Source: Escherichia coli
Lineage (GTDB): Bacteria > Pseudomonadota > Gammaproteobacteria > Enterobacterales > Enterobacteriaceae
Strand: one strand, 5' to 3'
Assembly (NCBI RefSeq): GCF_044324875.1
Contig: NZ_CP172185.1
DNA: 64,000 nucleotides
Positions 21,657 to 44,562 of this stretch are shown piece by piece. The translations under genes were made by a program, and so were the position numbers. Below the pieces are notes generated by a model that worked only from the letters and a program-made list of their open reading frames with translations, was not told the origin of the DNA and did no database searches. How positions within the stretch are numbered: position 1 is the first letter of the stretch; every line of letters starts with the position of its first letter.

Positions 21657-23288
21657 TTAATACTCGTCCCGTCCTTCATCTTCATCAGGCTGTTCCAGCA
21701 CACTGTAAGCGACTGAACAAAACAGCGAGTTCAGACGTTGCATATCTCCCAATAAGCCTAAATGTAGCGAACTGGTTTCAATACTCTGCACGTTTTGCTG
21801 ATGCAGGCGATCGACGTGGGCGTGGGAATAGCGGCGATTAAGAATGCGAAAACGATGTTTGCTGCGGCGCAAACGACGGGCGCTGGTAACATCGCCAGAG
21901 AAGAAAACCGACATTGCCAGTTTTAAATTACTGAGCAATTGCTCATAGAGCGCATCCAGTTCCTTCAAGCCATCAAGCGAAAATGCTCGCCTTGCAGCCA
22001 GCGATTTGTCGGCAATTTCACTACCCATGCGCTCGACGATATCGGAGGCCTGTTCAAGGTTTAGCGACATTTCGATGATCTCCGCCCAGCGGCGCGACTC
22101 TTCTTCTGCCAGTTCCTCTTTTGGCATTCGCGCCAGATAAAGTTTAATCGCGGTATAGAGCACGTTGATATCATCCGCCAGCTTGCGCAGCTCTTTCTCC
22201 TGCCGTGGCTCGCCGTGCATCACTTTATTCAACCCTTCCATCATCTGTTCCATGGCGTCGCCAATGCGCAGGGTTTCGCGCGCGGCGTTCGCCAGAGCAA
22301 GCGTGGGCGTATCCAGCGCGCTGACATCCAGATGTTTAGGCCGTAGCTGGGTATCCAGTTCCGGTTCATCGCGAATAATCGTTTTGCAAAACCGTGCCAT
22401 CGGGTCAACAAATGGCAGCATGACCAGGCAACGTACAAGGTTGTAGAAGACGTGGAAATAGATCACCAGTTCCGCTTTTGGCAATGACAACTTCCCCATT
22501 GTCTCTGCCAGCAAATGAACAAACGGCAGGATAATCAGGCTACCCACCAGCTTAAACAGCAGACTACCCAGCGCGACACGGCGGGCTGCGGCATTGGCGG
22601 CACTGTTGTTGAGCATCGCCAGCAGGCCGGAACCGAGGTTAGCACCAATCACCAGACAGAGCGCCACGGGGAAGGAGATAATGCCTGCAGCGGTCAGAGT
22701 CGCGGTCAGCAGTACAGCAGCAAGGCTGGAGTAGCTGATAATGGCGAACATCGCGCCAATCAGCGCATCCAGCAAAATGTCGCCAGTCAGCGAGGCAAAG
22801 ATCACCTGAACGCCGTTTGCCTGGGTGATCGGCGTTACGGCCTGCACAATCAACTCCAACGCCAGCAAAATCAACCCAAGACCAATACCGACGCGGCCCA
22901 GTTGCCCGGCGCGTGACTGTTTGCGTCCGAGGAAAAAAATCACGCCGATAAAAATAAGTAATGGTGACAGCCAGGATAAATCGAAGGTGAGAATACGCGC
23001 CATTAGCGCCGTCCCGACATCTGCACCCAGCACAATCACCAGAGCCGGTGCGAGGGCTACCAGATCCTGAGCGACGAACGAGGTCACCAGCATGGTGGTG
23101 GCATTACTGCTCTGTACCAGTGCGGTAACGCCGATCCCCGCGCAAAAGGCGAGCGGCTTTTTTTCGACGCTCCGGCTAAGGACAGTACGCAAACGCGCGC
23201 CGAAGACGCGCATTACGCCGGTTCGAACAATATGAGTCCCCCAGACCAGCAGGGCGACGGCAGAAAGCAGGTGAAGCAGCGTTAACAC
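21657..23288 (-). CDS. yjbB: YjbB, Na+/phosphate symporter (PNaS) family membrane protein with C-terminal PhoU-like domain (543 aa)
   Basis: Hydrophobic N-terminal half, charged helical C-terminal half; translation MLTLLHLLSAVALLVWGTHIVRTGVMRVFGARLRTVL... Confidence 0.9.
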   Translation of the reverse strand: MLTLLHLLSAVALLVWGTHIVRTGVMRVFGARLRTVLSRSVEKKPLAFCAGIGVTALVQSSNATTMLVTSFVAQDLVALAPALVIVLGADVGTALMARILTFDLSWLSPLLIFIGVIFFLGRKQSRAGQLGRVGIGLGLILLALELIVQAVTPITQANGVQVIFASLTGDILLDALIGAMFAIISYSSLAAVLLTATLTAAGIISFPVALCLVIGANLGSGLLAMLNNSAANAAARRVALGSLLFKLVGSLIILPFVHLLAETMGKLSLPKAELVIYFHVFYNLVRCLVMLPFVDPMARFCKTIIRDEPELDTQLRPKHLDVSALDTPTLALANAARETLRIGDAMEQMMEGLNKVMHGEPRQEKELRKLADDINVLYTAIKLYLARMPKEELAEEESRRWAEIIEMSLNLEQASDIVERMGSEIADKSLAARRAFSLDGLKELDALYEQLLSNLKLAMSVFFSGDVTSARRLRRSKHRFRILNRRYSHAHVDRLHQQNVQSIETSSLHLGLLGDMQRLNSLFCSVAYSVLEQPDEDEGRDEY

Positions 23289-23507
23289 GAGTTCAGGTTC
23301 TCCTTATCGTTATATGTTCCTGAAGCAATTGAATGACCAAAGGACCGGAAACACGCTGACTGGCATCTTTACTGTGCCTTTTGACCTTCGTTTTTCCGGC
23401 TAAGATTATTCCAGCCTGATTCCAGTATAAGTGTTTCATATTAATAAAGAGACAGGGCACTCATTGAGCGCCCTGTTTGTTGTAAGGAAAAGTGACAGAT
23501 TTGTGAA

Positions 23508-27191
<3,684 letters not shown>

Positions 27192-27390
27192 ACTTGCTCC
27201 CGACACGCTCAACCCAGATTTAATAAAAATTCAACAAACCATACTGGCATAAACGCATCTGTGGTAAAAGCGACCACCACGCAACATGAGATTTGTTCAA
27301 CATTAACTCATCGGATCAGTTCAGCAACTATTGCATTAGCTAACAATAAAAATGAAAATGATTTCCACGATACAGAAAAAGGAGACTGTC

Positions 27391-28215
27391 ATGGTCGCAC
27401 CCATTCCCGCGAAACGCGGCAGAAAACCCGCCGTTGCCACCGCACCAGCGACTGGACAGGTTCAGTCTTTAACGCGTGGCCTGAAATTACTGGAGTGGAT
27501 TGCCGAATCCAATGGCAGTGTGGCACTCACGGAACTGGCGCAACAAGCCGGGTTACCCAATTCCACGACCCACCGCCTGCTAACCACGATGCAACAGCAG
27601 GGTTTCGTGCGTCAGGTTGGCGAACTGGGACACTGGGCAATCGGCGCACATGCCTTTATGGTCGGTAGCAGCTTTCTTCAGAGTCGTAATCTGTTAGCCA
27701 TTGTCCATCCTATTCTGCGCAATCTGATGGAAGAGTCCGGCGAAACCGTGAATATGGCGGTGCTGGATCAAAGCGATCATGAAGCGATTATTATCGATCA
27801 GGTACAATGTACTCACCTGATGCGTATGTCCGCGCCTATCGGCGGTAAATTACCGATGCATGCTTCCGGTGCGGGTAAAGCCTTTTTAGCCCAATTAAGT
27901 GAAGAGCAGGTGACGAAGTTACTGCATCGCAAAGGCTTACATGCCTATACCCACGCGACGCTGGTGTCTCCTGTGCATTTAAAAGAAGATCTCGCCCAAA
28001 CGCGCAAACGGGGTTATTCATTTGATGATGAAGAACATGCCCTGGGACTGCGTTGCCTCGCGGCATGTATTTTCGATGAACACCGCGAACCGTTTGCCGC
28101 AATTTCAATTTCCGGACCGATTTCACGTATTACCGATGACCGCGTGACCGAGTTTGGCGCGATGGTGATTAAAGCGGCGAAGGAAGTGACGCTGGCGTAC
28201 GGTGGAATGCGCTGA
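27391..28215 (+). CDS. iclR: Glyoxylate-shunt repressor IclR (274 aa)
   Basis: MVAPIPAKRGRKPAVATAPATGQVQSLTRGLKLLEWIAESNGSVALTELAQQAGLPNSTTHRLL...; start set at MVAPIP (ORF track starts 13 codons upstream). Confidence 0.93.
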   Translation: MVAPIPAKRGRKPAVATAPATGQVQSLTRGLKLLEWIAESNGSVALTELAQQAGLPNSTTHRLLTTMQQQGFVRQVGELGHWAIGAHAFMVGSSFLQSRNLLAIVHPILRNLMEESGETVNMAVLDQSDHEAIIIDQVQCTHLMRMSAPIGGKLPMHASGAGKAFLAQLSEEQVTKLLHRKGLHAYTHATLVSPVHLKEDLAQTRKRGYSFDDEEHALGLRCLAACIFDEHREPFAAISISGPISRITDDRVTEFGAMVIKAAKEVTLAYGGMR

Positions 28216-28531
28216 CTTTTTCTGGCGGGCAGAGGCAATATTCTGCCCATCATACCTGAGTGGCAATAGAATAAGGGTGTCTGTTAATCGCATTGACGCC
28301 AAAATAACTTAATGTCATACACTTCACACACTTTTATTAACTCAGTATTATTTTTAAACATCAAACCACTTAATTATTAACAAAATCGCAAGATCTCATT
28401 CCACCGAAACTTTTACGGCTGCATTATGAGATTGAGCGATTTATGATATTTCTTTACTTGTAATCATATTAAATTTTTTCACTGTTCTGATAGTTAAAAT
28501 TCAAGACATCAATAAACAATGAGATATTTAA

Positions 28532-32432
<3,901 letters not shown>

Positions 32433-32471
32433 TTAATTCGCCCCTCGCCTTACGGAAAGGGGCGTTGGTTG

Positions 32472-33776
32472 TTAGAACTGCGATTCTTCGGTGGAGCCGG
32501 TCAGCGCGGTGACTGAAGACGTGCCGCCCTGAATAATGGTCGTCACTTTATCGAAATAACCTGTACCCACTTCCTGCTGGTGAGATACGAAGGTATAGCC
32601 ATCTTTCGCAGCGGCAAATTCCGGCTGCTGCACTTTCTCAACGTAATGCTTCATGCCTTCGCCCTGGGCATAGGCATTTGCCAGGTCGAACATGTTAAAC
32701 CACATGCTGTGGATGCCTGCCAGGGTGATGAACTGGAACTTGTAGCCCATATCCGACAGCTGCTGCTGGAAGCTGGCAATAGTTTTGTCGTCGAGGTTTT
32801 TCTGCCAGTTGAACGACGGCGAGCAGTTATAAGCCAGCAGTTTGCCCGGATATTTCGCGTGGATAGCTTGTGCAAAGCGACGCGCCAGTTCCAGGTCTGG
32901 CGTGGAGGTTTCACACCATACCAGGTCAGCATATGGCGCATACGCCAGGCCACGGCTGATCGCTTGTTCAATACCTGCATGAGTACGGAAGAAGCCTTCG
33001 CTGGTACGCTCGCCGGTAATAAATTCGCTGTCATATGGGTCGCAATCGGAGGTAATCAGATCCGCCGCATCGGCATCGGTACGAGCAACCAGCAGGGTTG
33101 GAACGCCCGTCACGTCAGCTGCCAGACGCGCCGCGACCAGTTTCTGAATAGCTTCCTGAGTTGGCACTAAAACTTTGCCGCCCATGTGACCGCATTTCTT
33201 CACTGATGCCAGCTGATCTTCGAAGTGAACTGCCGCTGCACCGGCTTCAATCATCGCTTTCATCAGTTCAAAGGCATTCAGGACACCGCCAAAACCGGCT
33301 TCCGCATCAGCAACGATCGGCAGGAAGTAATCGACATAGCGCGGATCGCCCGGCTCAATGCCCGCGGACCATTGGATCTGATCCGCACGGCGGAAAGTAT
33401 TGTTGATCCGCTCCACCACAGCTGGCACCGAGTTTGCCGGATAGAGCGACTGATCCGGATACATGCTGGCCGCCAGGTTAGCGTCCGCCGCTACCTGCCA
33501 TCCCGACAGATAGACTGCTTCAATACCCGCTTTCGCCTGTTGCAGCGCCTGACCGCCAGTCAGTGCGCCGAGGCTGTTGATGTAGCCTTTTTTCGACTCG
33601 CCGTGCAGCAGACGCCACATTTTCGCCGCGCCCAGTTGCGCCAGGGTGCATTCAGGATTGACTGAACCGCGTAATTTCACCACATCTTCCGCGCTGTACG
33701 GGCGAGTAATGCCTTCCCAACGCGGTTGAGTCCACTCTTTCTGTAATTCTTCAATTTGTTGTGTACGGGTTTTCAT
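32472..33776 (-). CDS. aceA: Isocitrate lyase AceA (434 aa)
   Basis: [38 protein letters not shown]...; catalytic KKCGH motif present; start at MKTRTQ (ORF track 5 codons upstream). Confidence 0.97.
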   Translation of the reverse strand: MKTRTQQIEELQKEWTQPRWEGITRPYSAEDVVKLRGSVNPECTLAQLGAAKMWRLLHGESKKGYINSLGALTGGQALQQAKAGIEAVYLSGWQVAADANLAASMYPDQSLYPANSVPAVVERINNTFRRADQIQWSAGIEPGDPRYVDYFLPIVADAEAGFGGVLNAFELMKAMIEAGAAAVHFEDQLASVKKCGHMGGKVLVPTQEAIQKLVAARLAADVTGVPTLLVARTDADAADLITSDCDPYDSEFITGERTSEGFFRTHAGIEQAISRGLAYAPYADLVWCETSTPDLELARRFAQAIHAKYPGKLLAYNCSPSFNWQKNLDDKTIASFQQQLSDMGYKFQFITLAGIHSMWFNMFDLANAYAQGEGMKHYVEKVQQPEFAAAKDGYTFVSHQQEVGTGYFDKVTTIIQGGTSSVTALTGSTEESQF

Positions 33777-33805
33777 GTGCAGATGCTCCATAGTTATGTG
33801 GTGGT

Positions 33806-35407
33806 TTACGCTAACAGGCGGTAGCCTGGCAGGGTCAGGAAATCTATTAACTCATCGGAAGTGGTGATCTGTTCCATCAAGCGTGCGGCATCGTCAAAAC
33901 GCCCCTGGGAGAAACGTTCTTCGCCCAGTTCGCTGGCAATGACTTTCATCTCTTCGCCCAGCATCTGGCGGAACAAGGCTTTGGTCACCGGTTTGCCATT
34001 GCTCAACGTTTTTTGATGATGGATCCACTGCCAGATCGAGGTACGGGAAATTTCAGCCGTCGCCGCATCTTCCATCAGGCCATAAATCGGCACGCAGCCG
34101 TTGCCGGAGATCCATGCTTCGATGTACTGCACAGCCACGCGAATGTTGGCGCGCATACCTTCTTCGGTGCGTTCACCATCACAAGGTGCCAGCAGCTGAT
34201 CGGCAGTAATCGGCGCGTCTTGTTCGCGCATCACTTCAAGCTGATTTTTACGGGAGCCGAGAATGTCGTTGAATACCGCCATTGCCGTATCCGCAAGGCC
34301 TGGGTGAGCGATCCATGTGCCATCGTGACCGTTATTGGCTTCCAGCGCTTTATCCGCTTTTACTTTGTTGAGCACCTGGTTATTACGCTCTTCATCTTTG
34401 CTCGGAATAAACGCTGCCATGCCGCCCATAGCAAAAGCACCGCGTTTATGGCAGGTTTTAATCAGCAGGCGTGAGTAGGCATTAAGGAACGGTTTATCCA
34501 TCGTCACTGCCTGTCTGTCTGGCAGGACGCGATCGGGATAGTTTTTCAACGTTTTGATATAGCTGAAGATGTAATCCCAACGACCGCAGTTCAGACCAAC
34601 AATATGGTCACGCAGCGCGTGAAGGATTTCATCCATCTGGAACACGGCGGGCAGCGTTTCAATCAGCAACGTCGCCTTGATGGTGCCGCGCGGCAGATTA
34701 AAGCGATCTTCTGCATAGCTGAAGACTTCGCTCCACCAGGCCGCTTCCTGCCAGGACTGGGTTTTCGGCAGATAGAAATAGGGACCACTGCCCTTTGCCA
34801 ACAGTGCCTGATAGTTGTGGAAGAAATAGAGCGCAAAATCAAACAGGCTACCGGGGATTGCCTCACCACGCCAGGTGACATGTTTTTCCGGCAAGTGCAG
34901 ACCGCGTACCCGACAAATCAACACCGCTGGATTGGGCTTGAGCTGATAAATTTTGCCTGCTTCATTGGTATAGCTGATGGTGCCGTTAACCGCATCGCGC
35001 AGGTTAATTTGCCCGTCGATCACTTTGTTCCAGTCTGGTGCCAGTGAATCTTCGAAATCGGCCATAAAGACTTTCACATTGGCGTTGAGCGCGTTGATCA
35101 CCATCTTGCGCTCAACCGGGCCGGTAATCTCTACCCGACGATCTTGTAAGTCCGCGGGAATACCACGAATTTTCCAGTCACCATCACGAATGGAAGCTGT
35201 TTCCGAAATAAAATCAGGCAACGTTCCGTTATCGATATCCTGCTGCTGCTGAATGCGCGCTGCCAGAAGTTTATTGCGTTGTGGCGTAAAATGCGTCACC
35301 AGCTCAGTCAGAAATTCTACCGCTTCGGCAGTAAGAATTTGCTTCTCCTGCTCGCCATACGGCCTTATGAAAGCCAGTTCATCGGTTGTTGTTGCCTGTT
35401 CAGTCAT
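33806..35407 (-). CDS. aceB: Malate synthase A AceB (533 aa)
   Basis: [37 protein letters not shown]...; start at MTEQ (ORF track 6 codons upstream). Confidence 0.96.
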   Translation of the reverse strand: MTEQATTTDELAFIRPYGEQEKQILTAEAVEFLTELVTHFTPQRNKLLAARIQQQQDIDNGTLPDFISETASIRDGDWKIRGIPADLQDRRVEITGPVERKMVINALNANVKVFMADFEDSLAPDWNKVIDGQINLRDAVNGTISYTNEAGKIYQLKPNPAVLICRVRGLHLPEKHVTWRGEAIPGSLFDFALYFFHNYQALLAKGSGPYFYLPKTQSWQEAAWWSEVFSYAEDRFNLPRGTIKATLLIETLPAVFQMDEILHALRDHIVGLNCGRWDYIFSYIKTLKNYPDRVLPDRQAVTMDKPFLNAYSRLLIKTCHKRGAFAMGGMAAFIPSKDEERNNQVLNKVKADKALEANNGHDGTWIAHPGLADTAMAVFNDILGSRKNQLEVMREQDAPITADQLLAPCDGERTEEGMRANIRVAVQYIEAWISGNGCVPIYGLMEDAATAEISRTSIWQWIHHQKTLSNGKPVTKALFRQMLGEEMKVIASELGEERFSQGRFDDAARLMEQITTSDELIDFLTLPGYRLLA

Positions 35408-35489
35408 CGTGCAGCTCCTCGTCATGGATCCGAAAACTTCCCCACTGTGAACGAAGGATCGTTGTGCGCTTTTCGTTCAGCACAACTAA

Positions 35490-35535
35490 GACTACTCATT
35501 TAAAATGCAAAATCAAAAACAATTTCCATTTTAAT
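35490..35535 (-). promoter_or_regulatory. aceBAK promoter region with IclR operator (TGGAAATTGTTTTTGATTTTGCATTTTAAATGAG on the minus strand)
   Basis: Sequence seen directly upstream of aceB; resembles the known IclR box of the aceB promoter (TGGAAAT half-site). Confidence 0.6.
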
Positions 35536-35604
35536 TAAAAATACTTGATAACTTATTGATAACAATATGAATAAAATTTATTCACCTACTGAGGTGCGTT
35601 TCGG

Positions 35605-35631
35605 AAATAAAAAAGGCACCCGAAGGTGCCT
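35605..35631 (-). terminator. Rho-independent terminator of metA
   Basis: Minus-strand hairpin AGGCACCTTCGGGTGCCT followed by TTTTTTAT, about 45 bp downstream of the metA stop. Confidence 0.75.
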
Positions 35632-35675
35632 GAGGTAAGGTGCTGAATCGCTTAACGATCGACTATCACAGAAGA

Positions 35676-36605
35676 TTAATCCAGCGTTGGATTCATGTGC
35701 CGTAGATCGTATGGCGTGATCTGGTAGACGTAATAGTTGAGCCAGTTGGTAAACAGCAAATTACCGTGACTACGCCAGCTCGCTCGCGGTGTATTTTGCG
35801 GATCATTATGCGGAAAATAGTTATACGGTACATCCGGGTCCAGTCCGGCTTCCACATCGCGGAAAAATTCCTGCGCCAGCGTTTGCGCATCATATTCGGG
35901 ATGGCCCGTCACAAAGGCAATGCGCTTATCTTTGCTGGCAAACAGATAGGCATCCCCTTCTTCTGTCTCCGCCAGAATTTCCAGATCGGTATAATCACGA
36001 ATCAACGCTGCCGGAAAGTCAGCATAGCGCGAATGTGGTGCCAGGAATGAATCATCGAAACCACGCGTCAGAAGCGCATGAGGATGGAGAATATGATGCT
36101 CATAAACACCAGATAGTTTTTCGGTGCGGGTTTGCTTGGGAATGCCGTAGAGGATATTGAGCGCGGCCTGTACCGCCCAGCAGACAAACAGCGTCGAGGT
36201 GACGTGATCTTTCGACCACTCCAGCACCTGTTTGATCTGCGGCCAGTAAGCGACATCATTAAACTCCACCAGGCCCAGCGGCGCGCCGGTAACTATCAGA
36301 CCGTCAAAGTTTTGTTCCTGAATATCTTCAAAGTTACAGTAGAAATTGTTCAGATGCTCTGCGGGCGTGTTGCGCGATTCGCGGGAATCGATGCGCAACA
36401 GCTGAATATCGACCTGCAAAGGTGAGTTTGAAAGCAGGCGCAGAAACTGATTTTCAGTTTCAATCTTCTTCGGCATCAAGTTAAGGATCAGAACCTTAAG
36501 TGGACGAATTTCCTGACCAGACGCACGAGAAGTTGTCATCACAAAAACGTTTTCTTCACGCAAGAAATTGACGGCGGGTAGCTCGTCCGGCACACGAATC
36601 GGCAT
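35676..36605 (-). CDS. metA: Homoserine O-succinyltransferase MetA (309 aa)
   Basis: Translation [51 protein letters not shown]... matches MetA. Confidence 0.97.
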   Translation of the reverse strand: MPIRVPDELPAVNFLREENVFVMTTSRASGQEIRPLKVLILNLMPKKIETENQFLRLLSNSPLQVDIQLLRIDSRESRNTPAEHLNNFYCNFEDIQEQNFDGLIVTGAPLGLVEFNDVAYWPQIKQVLEWSKDHVTSTLFVCWAVQAALNILYGIPKQTRTEKLSGVYEHHILHPHALLTRGFDDSFLAPHSRYADFPAALIRDYTDLEILAETEEGDAYLFASKDKRIAFVTGHPEYDAQTLAQEFFRDVEAGLDPDVPYNYFPHNDPQNTPRASWRSHGNLLFTNWLNYYVYQITPYDLRHMNPTLD

Positions 36606-36761
36606 AACCTGATTACCTCACTACATACGCTTATACGTTTAGACATCCAGATAGCTGAAGATAACCAGAAAATTTGCCAATGTCGAGCCTGCATGTTGAA
36701 GGTGAGAAAGTTTCAAGGAAAAGGCTACGTTAGAATATAAGAATGACGAAAAGGAGAGAAA

Positions 36762-37205
36762 ATGGTTATTAGTATTCGCCGCTCACGGCATGAGGAAGGG
36801 GAGGAACTCGTTGCGATTTGGTGTCGTTCTGTCGATGCCACTCACGATTTTTTATCAGCAGAGTATCGGGCCGAGCTGGAAGAGCTGGTGCGTTCCTTCC
36901 TGCCGGAAGCGCCGTTGTGGGTCGCGGTTAATGAGCGGGATCGGCCGGTTGGGTTCATGTTGTTAAGTGGGCAGCATATGGATGCGCTGTTTATCGATCC
37001 TGATGTGCGCGGCTGCGGCGTGGGTCGGATGCTGGTGGAACATGCGCTCTCGATGGCACCGGAACTGACAACCAATGTTAATGAGCAAAATAAGCAGGCT
37101 GTTGGGTTCTATAAGAAGATGGGTTTTAAGGTTACGGGACGCTCTGAGGTGGACGATTTGGGGAAACCGTATCCATTGCTGAATCTGGCATATGTGGGGG
37201 AATAA
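36762..37205 (+). CDS. yjaB: GNAT-family N-acetyltransferase YjaB (147 aa)
   Basis: Acetyl-CoA binding motif region (RGCGVGRMLVEHAL); position between metA and rrnE 5S end. Confidence 0.9.
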   Translation: MVISIRRSRHEEGEELVAIWCRSVDATHDFLSAEYRAELEELVRSFLPEAPLWVAVNERDRPVGFMLLSGQHMDALFIDPDVRGCGVGRMLVEHALSMAPELTTNVNEQNKQAVGFYKKMGFKVTGRSEVDDLGKPYPLLNLAYVGE

Positions 37206-37290
37206 GCTGCCCCCTATCGTGCTATCGTGCCTGCGTAAGCTGGAGCAGACGCGCCAGCGTCGCACCCGGCATTTTTTTCACCAACGCAAA

Positions 37291-37314
37291 AAGGCCATCC
37301 TGACGGATGGCCTT
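37291..37314 (-). terminator. rrnE operon terminator (T1-like hairpin AAGGCCATCCGTCAGGATGGCCTT on the minus strand)
   Basis: Perfect hairpin 13 bp downstream of the 5S 3' end, followed on the minus strand by TTTTGCGTTGGTGAAAAAAA. Confidence 0.8.
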
Positions 37315-37326
37315 TCGCTTAATTTG

Positions 37327-37446
37327 ATGCCTGGCAGTTCCCTACTCTCGCATGGGGAGACCCCACACTACCATCGGCGCTACGGCGTTTCACTTCTGAG
37401 TTCGGCATGGGGTCAGGTGGGACCACCGCGCTACGGCCGCCAGGCA
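37327..37446 (-). rRNA. rrfE: 5S ribosomal RNA (rrnE operon)
   Basis: Reverse complement reads TGCCTGGCGGCCGTAGCGCGGTGGTCCCACCTGACCCCATGCCGAACTCAGAAGTGAAACGCCGTAGCGCCGATGG...CCAGGCAT, the E. coli 5S sequence, 120 nt. Confidence 0.98.
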
Positions 37447-37544
37447 AATTCTGTTTTATCAACACGTCTCGTTATGACCTGTCGATTTAATCTGTATCAG
37501 GCTGAAAATCTTTCTCTCATCCGCCAAAACATCTTCGGCGTTGT

Positions 37545-40449
<2,905 letters not shown>

Positions 40450-40642
40450 TCACAACCCGAAGATGTTTCTTTCGATTCATCATCGTGTTGCGAAAATTTG
40501 AGAGACTCACGAACAACTTTCGTTGTTCAGTGTTTCAATTTTCAGCTTGATCCAGATTTTTAAAGAGCAAATATCTCAAACAAGACTTAACAGTCTGTTT
40601 TGAGATATTGAGGTCGGCGACTTTCACTCACAAACCAGCAAG

Positions 40643-40718
40643 TGGCGTCCCCTAGGGGATTCGAACCCCTGTTACCGCCGTGAAAGGGCGGTGTCCTGGG
40701 CCTCTAGACGAAGGGGAC
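40643..40718 (-). tRNA. gltV: tRNA-Glu (UUC) in the 16S-23S spacer
   Basis: Reverse complement GTCCCCTTCGTCTAGAGGCCCAGGACACCGCCCTTTCACGGCGGTAACAGGGGTTCGAATCCCCTAGGGGACGCCA, the E. coli tRNA-Glu sequence with encoded CCA. Confidence 0.97.
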
Positions 40719-40803
40719 GTATCAGTCTGCTTCGCAAGACGCCTTGCTTTTCACTTTCTATCAGACAATCTGTGTGAGCACTGCAAAGTACGCTTCTTTA
40801 AGG

Positions 40804-42345
<1,542 letters not shown>

Positions 42346-42529
42346 AAAAGTTTGATGCTCAAAGAATTAAACTTCGTAATGAATTACGTGTTCACTCTTG
42401 AGACTTGGTATTCATTTTTCGTCTTGCGACGTTAAGAATCCGTATCTTCGAGTGCCCACACAGATTGTCTGATAAATTGTTAAAGAGCAGTTGCGACGCG
42501 GCTTTCAGCTTGCTGTCGCGAGGTGGCGT

Positions 42530-42557
42530 ATATTACGCTTTCCTCTTTCAGAGTCAA
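42530..42557 (-). promoter_or_regulatory. rrnE P2 promoter (-35 TTGACT, -10 TAATAT on the minus strand)
   Basis: rc reads TTGACTCTGAAAGAGGAAAGCGTAATAT, resembling rrn P2 promoters; about 190 bp upstream of the 16S 5' end. Confidence 0.6.
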
Positions 42558-42639
42558 CCCTGAATTTCAGGATTTTTCTCTTCAACCGAACCGGCTGTTT
42601 GTGTGAAGTGATTCACATCCGCCGTGTCGATGGAGGCGC

Positions 42640-42667
42640 ATTATAGGGAGTTCTCCGCAGGCCGCAA
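42640..42667 (-). promoter_or_regulatory. rrnE P1 promoter (-35 TTGCGG, 16-bp spacer, -10 TATAAT, GC-rich discriminator) with AT-rich UP element region immediately upstream (42668-42700)
   Basis: rc reads TTGCGGCCTGCGGAGAACTCCCTATAATGCGCC, the canonical rrn P1 architecture. Confidence 0.7.
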
Positions 42668-42838
42668 TAGAAAAATTGCAGAAAAATGACTGACTGCTGC
42701 ATTCCCCAGCAAAACCCCGCTTTATACCTTTTTACGCACAGAGTTATTCACAATCATCAATGTAATTTCTGTATTTTTCCCACGGTAAACACTGTCAAAA
42801 TTGTGATCACCATTGAAAGAGAAAAATTCGCGAGCGTT

Positions 42839-42854
42839 GCGCAAACGTTTTCGT
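42839..42854. promoter_or_regulatory. PurR operator (PUR box) of the purHD operon
   Basis: GCGCAAACGTTTTCGT matches the PurR consensus ACGCAAACGTTTTCTT at 14/16; about 108 bp upstream of the purH start. Confidence 0.7.
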
Positions 42855-42961
42855 TACAATGCGGGCGAAAAATAAGGATGCCCCGTTAGGGGCGTTAGCT
42901 GAGTTTTTCGCGAAAAATTCAGCTAACGCTCTCTGTAATAGTCAAATCCAGGGGATTTACC

Positions 42962-44551
42962 ATGCAACAACGTCGTCCAGTCCGCCGCGCTCTGCTCAGT
43001 GTTTCTGACAAAGCCGGTATCGTCGAATTCGCCCAGGCACTTTCCGCACGCGGTGTGGAGCTGCTGTCTACAGGGGGCACTGCCCGTCTGTTAGCAGAAA
43101 AAGGTCTGCCGGTAACCGAAGTTTCCGATTACACCGGTTTCCCGGAGATGATGGATGGACGCGTGAAGACCCTGCATCCGAAAGTACATGGTGGCATTCT
43201 GGGTCGTCGCGGCCAGGACGATGCCATTATGGAAGAACATCAGATCCAGCCTATCGATATGGTGGTTGTTAACCTGTATCCGTTCGCCCAGACCGTTGCC
43301 CGTGAAGGTTGCTCGCTGGAAGATGCGGTTGAGAACATCGATATCGGCGGCCCAACGATGGTGCGCTCTGCCGCCAAGAACCATAAAGATGTCGCCATCG
43401 TGGTGAAGAGCAGCGACTACGACGCCATTATTAAAGAGATAGATGCCAATGAAGGCTCCCTGACTCTGGAAACTCGCTTTGACCTTGCCATTAAAGCCTT
43501 CGAACACACCGCCGCCTACGACAGCATGATTGCCAACTACTTCGGCAGCATGGTTCCGGCTTACCACGGTGAAAGCAAAGAAGCCGCCGGTCGCTTCCCA
43601 CGCACGCTGAACCTGAACTTCATTAAGAAGCAGGATATGCGTTACGGCGAGAACAGCCACCAGCAGGCTGCCTTCTATATAGAAGAGAATGTGAAAGAAG
43701 CCTCCGTTGCTACCGCAACCCAGGTTCAGGGTAAAGCCCTCTCTTATAACAACATCGCCGATACCGATGCGGCGCTGGAGTGCGTGAAAGAGTTCGCCGA
43801 GCCGGCATGTGTGATTGTGAAGCACGCCAACCCTTGCGGCGTGGCTATCGGCCATTCCATTCTTGATGCTTACGATCGCGCGTACAAAACCGACCCAACC
43901 TCCGCGTTCGGCGGCATTATCGCCTTTAACCGCGAGCTGGATGCGGAAACCGCACAGGCCATCATTTCTCGTCAGTTTGTTGAAGTGATCATTGCGCCAT
44001 CCGCCAGCGAAGAAGCCCTGAAAATCACCGCCGCCAAACAGAACGTGCGCGTCCTGACCTGCGGTCAGTGGGGCGAGCGTGTTCCGGGCCTTGATTTCAA
44101 ACGCGTGAACGGCGGTCTGCTGGTTCAGGATCGAGACCTGGGGATGGTCGGTGCAGAAGAACTGCGCGTCGTCACCAAACGTCAGCCGACCGAACAGGAA
44201 CTGCGTGATGCGCTGTTCTGCTGGAAAGTGGCGAAGTTCGTGAAATCCAATGCTATCGTCTATGCCAAAAACAATATGACCATCGGCATTGGCGCGGGCC
44301 AGATGAGCCGCGTGTACTCCGCAAAAATCGCCGGTATTAAAGCTGCCGATGAAGGTCTGGAAGTGAAAGGTTCCTCGATGGCTTCTGACGCGTTCTTCCC
44401 GTTCCGCGACGGTATTGATGCCGCCGCCGCTGCGGGCGTGACCTGCGTAATCCAGCCTGGCGGTTCTATCCGTGATGACGAAGTGATTGCCGCCGCCGAC
44501 GAGCACGGTATTGCAATGCTCTTCACCGACATGCGCCACTTCCGCCATTAA
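42962..44551 (+). CDS. purH: Bifunctional AICAR transformylase / IMP cyclohydrolase PurH (529 aa)
   Basis: Translation [51 protein letters not shown]... matches PurH. Confidence 0.98.
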   Translation: MQQRRPVRRALLSVSDKAGIVEFAQALSARGVELLSTGGTARLLAEKGLPVTEVSDYTGFPEMMDGRVKTLHPKVHGGILGRRGQDDAIMEEHQIQPIDMVVVNLYPFAQTVAREGCSLEDAVENIDIGGPTMVRSAAKNHKDVAIVVKSSDYDAIIKEIDANEGSLTLETRFDLAIKAFEHTAAYDSMIANYFGSMVPAYHGESKEAAGRFPRTLNLNFIKKQDMRYGENSHQQAAFYIEENVKEASVATATQVQGKALSYNNIADTDAALECVKEFAEPACVIVKHANPCGVAIGHSILDAYDRAYKTDPTSAFGGIIAFNRELDAETAQAIISRQFVEVIIAPSASEEALKITAAKQNVRVLTCGQWGERVPGLDFKRVNGGLLVQDRDLGMVGAEELRVVTKRQPTEQELRDALFCWKVAKFVKSNAIVYAKNNMTIGIGAGQMSRVYSAKIAGIKAADEGLEVKGSSMASDAFFPFRDGIDAAAAAGVTCVIQPGGSIRDDEVIAAADEHGIAMLFTDMRHFRH

Positions 44552-44562
44552 TGGAGCAATAG

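Noticed and set aside
28216-28531. AT-rich 316-bp iclR-arpA spacer as a possible sRNA or small gene
   Set aside because: Contains an iclR terminator-like hairpin and an AT-rich promoter-like region for arpA but no convincing promoter-terminator pair or RBS-led ORF; insufficient evidence.
37327-37446. Apparent base difference from canonical 5S rRNA
   Set aside because: On re-reading, the reverse complement matches the canonical E. coli 5S sequence (…GGCGGCCGTAGCGCGG…); my first comparison used a misremembered reference.
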